From a virus (taxonomy: Duplodnaviria; Heunggongvirae; Uroviricota; Caudoviricetes): 18,304 bases of DNA. Within the stretch, counting starts at the first letter, position 1, and every line of letters begins with the position of its first letter. The stretch lies in IMG/VR virus record IMGVR_UViG_2529292908_000003, one strand, 5' to 3'. Under the pieces are notes generated by a model that worked only from the letters and a program-made list of their open reading frames with translations, was not told where the DNA came from and ran no database searches. A program made the translations under genes and the position numbers. Positions 16,727-18,304 of this stretch are shown here, piece after piece.

Positions 16727-16876
16727 ATGTCCATTTTTCAGATATGGTCGGGTAGCGCGTATACCGAAAAACAGCCGTAAGGCTAAGGATGCGGGCCGAA
16801 CTTTCGACGGTGTTCAAGTACCCGACCGCCCTGCTGAACACGGGGTGATCTGAACGAATCGAAAGGACATAAAACT

Positions 16877-17509
16877 ATGAGCACTCAACTTGTATTCCAC
16901 AATGTTCAATTCCAGACCGTTCAACGAGATGGTCTACTGTGGTTGTCTGCCCCCCAAATAGCCAGCGCGTTACAATATGCAGATCAAAGCTCGGTAACAC
17001 GCATCTATGCCCGTCACGCAGATGAATTCACAAACGGTATGACAGCCTCGGTCAAATTGACCGATCCTAAAGGGGACAAGCAAGAGACTCGCATCTTCTC
17101 ATTACGCGGCGCTCACCTAATAGCGATGTTTGCTCGAACTCCAATAGCAAAAGAGTTTCGTCGCTGGGTATTGGATATTCTGGACCGTGAAGCTGAAAAA
17201 AGCGCTATACCGCCACAACCTCATATTCAGCCTCAATTCACAGCAGAAGACATCATCCTGCTCTGCTACGTTCAACTCTGGATGGAAAAAGCACAACAAC
17301 TCAGTAAACAGCTATACCCCGTCATGAGAGAACTGAACTCTGATTACTATGGAAAGCTGTTTGATCTGGCCTACGAAACTCGTCATATAACCAACCGGAC
17401 TCGCGACACATTGCTCCGCGAAGCAGCAAAACTTGATCCCGCCAACTATACGGTGCACAGGGCCAGAAGTATGCTGGCGCAACTAAGAGCAAGACAATTT
17501 GAATTCTGA
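16877..17509 (+). CDS. Phage antirepressor-like protein (Bro-N-type N-terminal domain plus the C-terminal domain shared with the gene at 15993)
   Basis: AAGGA SD; N-terminus MSTQLVFHNVQFQTVQRDGLLWLSAPQIASALQY (Bro-N-like); C-terminus PQFTAEDIILLCYVQLWMEKAQ...LRARQFEF about 65 percent identical to the preceding gene. Confidence 0.75.
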   Translation: MSTQLVFHNVQFQTVQRDGLLWLSAPQIASALQYADQSSVTRIYARHADEFTNGMTASVKLTDPKGDKQETRIFSLRGAHLIAMFARTPIAKEFRRWVLDILDREAEKSAIPPQPHIQPQFTAEDIILLCYVQLWMEKAQQLSKQLYPVMRELNSDYYGKLFDLAYETRHITNRTRDTLLREAAKLDPANYTVHRARSMLAQLRARQFEF

Positions 17510-17514
17510 AACCA

Positions 17515-17536
17515 AAGGAGCTTCGGCTCCTTTTTT
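17515..17536 (+). terminator. Rho-independent terminator after the antirepressor array: 7-bp stem AAGGAGC/GCTCCTT, UUCG tetraloop, T-run
   Basis: Perfect stem with UUCG loop and T6, read directly, 6 nt after the stop at 17509. Confidence 0.75.
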
Positions 17537-17556
17537 CATGCCTGAAGGAAAGGAAA

Positions 17557-17778
17557 ATGGCAGATATCATCGACAATGCCGCTGAAATCGAAGAATTGCA
17601 GCGCAATCTCTCCCTGCAAAAATACAAATCCGATAGTAATGCCCCATCTGCTACTCATTGTTGCGAGTGTGGCGATCCGATAGATGAGCGGCGACGCCTG
17701 GCTGTTCGTGGATGCCGAGCTTGCGCCAGTTGCCAGCAGGATATTGAACTTATCAACAAACAGAGAGGTGTGAAGTGA
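17557..17778 (+). CDS. TraR/DksA-family C4 zinc-finger protein (phage TraR-like transcription modulator)
   Basis: AAGGAAAGGA SD; 73 aa with CxxC-x17-CxxC (CECGDPIDERRRLAVRGCRACASCQ), typical of TraR-like proteins of conjugative elements and lambdoid phages. Confidence 0.75.
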   Translation: MADIIDNAAEIEELQRNLSLQKYKSDSNAPSATHCCECGDPIDERRRLAVRGCRACASCQQDIELINKQRGVK

Positions 17779-18092
17779 ACATCAACACCACGATAACGAT
17801 CGATACAGCCCTGAACACCGGCCTGGCGCTCCTTGGTTATTTCTACATCATGTTCTGCAGCGGACGATGGCTGTCACTGTTGTTCATGAAAAAATGGAAT
17901 AAACGCCGTAAGCAGGAGCAACGCCAGAAGGCAATGGATGCATTTTTCGAAGCCTTCGGGATTGACAGCATGGAACCAGGGGATCCAGCTCGCGCAATCA
18001 GCAGAGGGGGCGTAGTAATCCTTGTATATCGGAGTGAAGAGAAAAATGACGATCACAAAACAACGTGTAGAAAAAATCATATATCGCCATGA
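17775..18092 (+). CDS. Hypothetical small protein with one predicted TM segment; GTG start overlaps the TraR-like stop (GTGA)
   Basis: ORF start and stop overlap suggests translational coupling; hydrophobic stretch GLALLGYFYIMFCSGRWLSLLF followed by a basic region; no family recognised. Confidence 0.35.
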   Translation: MNINTTITIDTALNTGLALLGYFYIMFCSGRWLSLLFMKKWNKRRKQEQRQKAMDAFFEAFGIDSMEPGDPARAISRGGVVILVYRSEEKNDDHKTTCRKNHISP

Positions 18093-18304
18093 AATGGGAC
18101 TGAACAGCGATGTCACTGCCGAAGAGGTTTATGACCTGGCTGTACTGGCGCTGAATTTATCAAATATCGCAAACCTGAAGCGATACGAGCTTGATATGGA
18201 TTGTTGTGACTCGTTCGGTCAGGATTGTGGCGCTGACATGACTGAAGATTCTGATGGCGATTATGTTCTGTTTGATGACGTGGTTAAGTTGTTTGAGTTT
18301 GATA
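18046..18304 (+). CDS. Hypothetical acidic protein, 5' part; ORF runs off the window end
   Basis: ATG 18046 with GGAG 11 nt upstream; 86 codons without a stop (MTITKQRVEKIIYRHEMGLNSDVTAEEVYDLAV...DGDYVLFDDVVKLFEF); absent from the ORF track because it has no stop. Confidence 0.45.
   Translation, partial: MTITKQRVEKIIYRHEMGLNSDVTAEEVYDLAVLALNLSNIANLKRYELDMDCCDSFGQDCGADMTEDSDGDYVLFDDVVKLFEFD

Noticed and set aside
15513-17627. Minus-strand ORFs of 60-101 aa within the antirepressor-like genes
   Set aside because: Antisense to genes with paralog support on the plus strand; no RBS.
1-18304. CRISPR arrays, tRNA or rRNA genes
   Set aside because: No regularly spaced direct repeats or cloverleaf-like or rRNA-like sequence noticed anywhere in the window.

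Overview
Enterobacterial (Escherichia coli / Shigella-type) chromosome segment in three parts, read from sequence and recalled protein families only; no database search was run. (1) 1-4657: the integrase-proximal end of a decayed lambdoid prophage. It holds a nested pile-up of three IS elements (IS3 inside IS30 inside an IS3-family IS600-like element), a DEDDh 3'-5' exonuclease gene cut at its 5' end by the IS, an excisionase-like gene split between two frames exactly at an A_AAA_AAG slippery heptamer, and an intact tyrosine integrase. (2) 4845-14928: conserved core genes rspB-rspA, ynfA, ynfB-speG, ynfC, ynfD and the paralogous molybdoenzyme pair ynfE-ynfF. (3) 14939-18304: ynfG is reduced to a frameshifted, truncated remnant, followed by phage-like accessory DNA. 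This is the most interesting part: a tandem, mosaic array of three antirepressor-like genes, two of them preceded by a conserved promoter-palindrome plus terminator/attenuator-like leader module (the third by a degenerate copy), with twin 10-bp palindromes at the island boundary, a C9 homopolymer tract, and a TraR/DksA-type zinc-finger gene translationally coupled to small unknown ORFs. No tRNA, rRNA or CRISPR array was seen.
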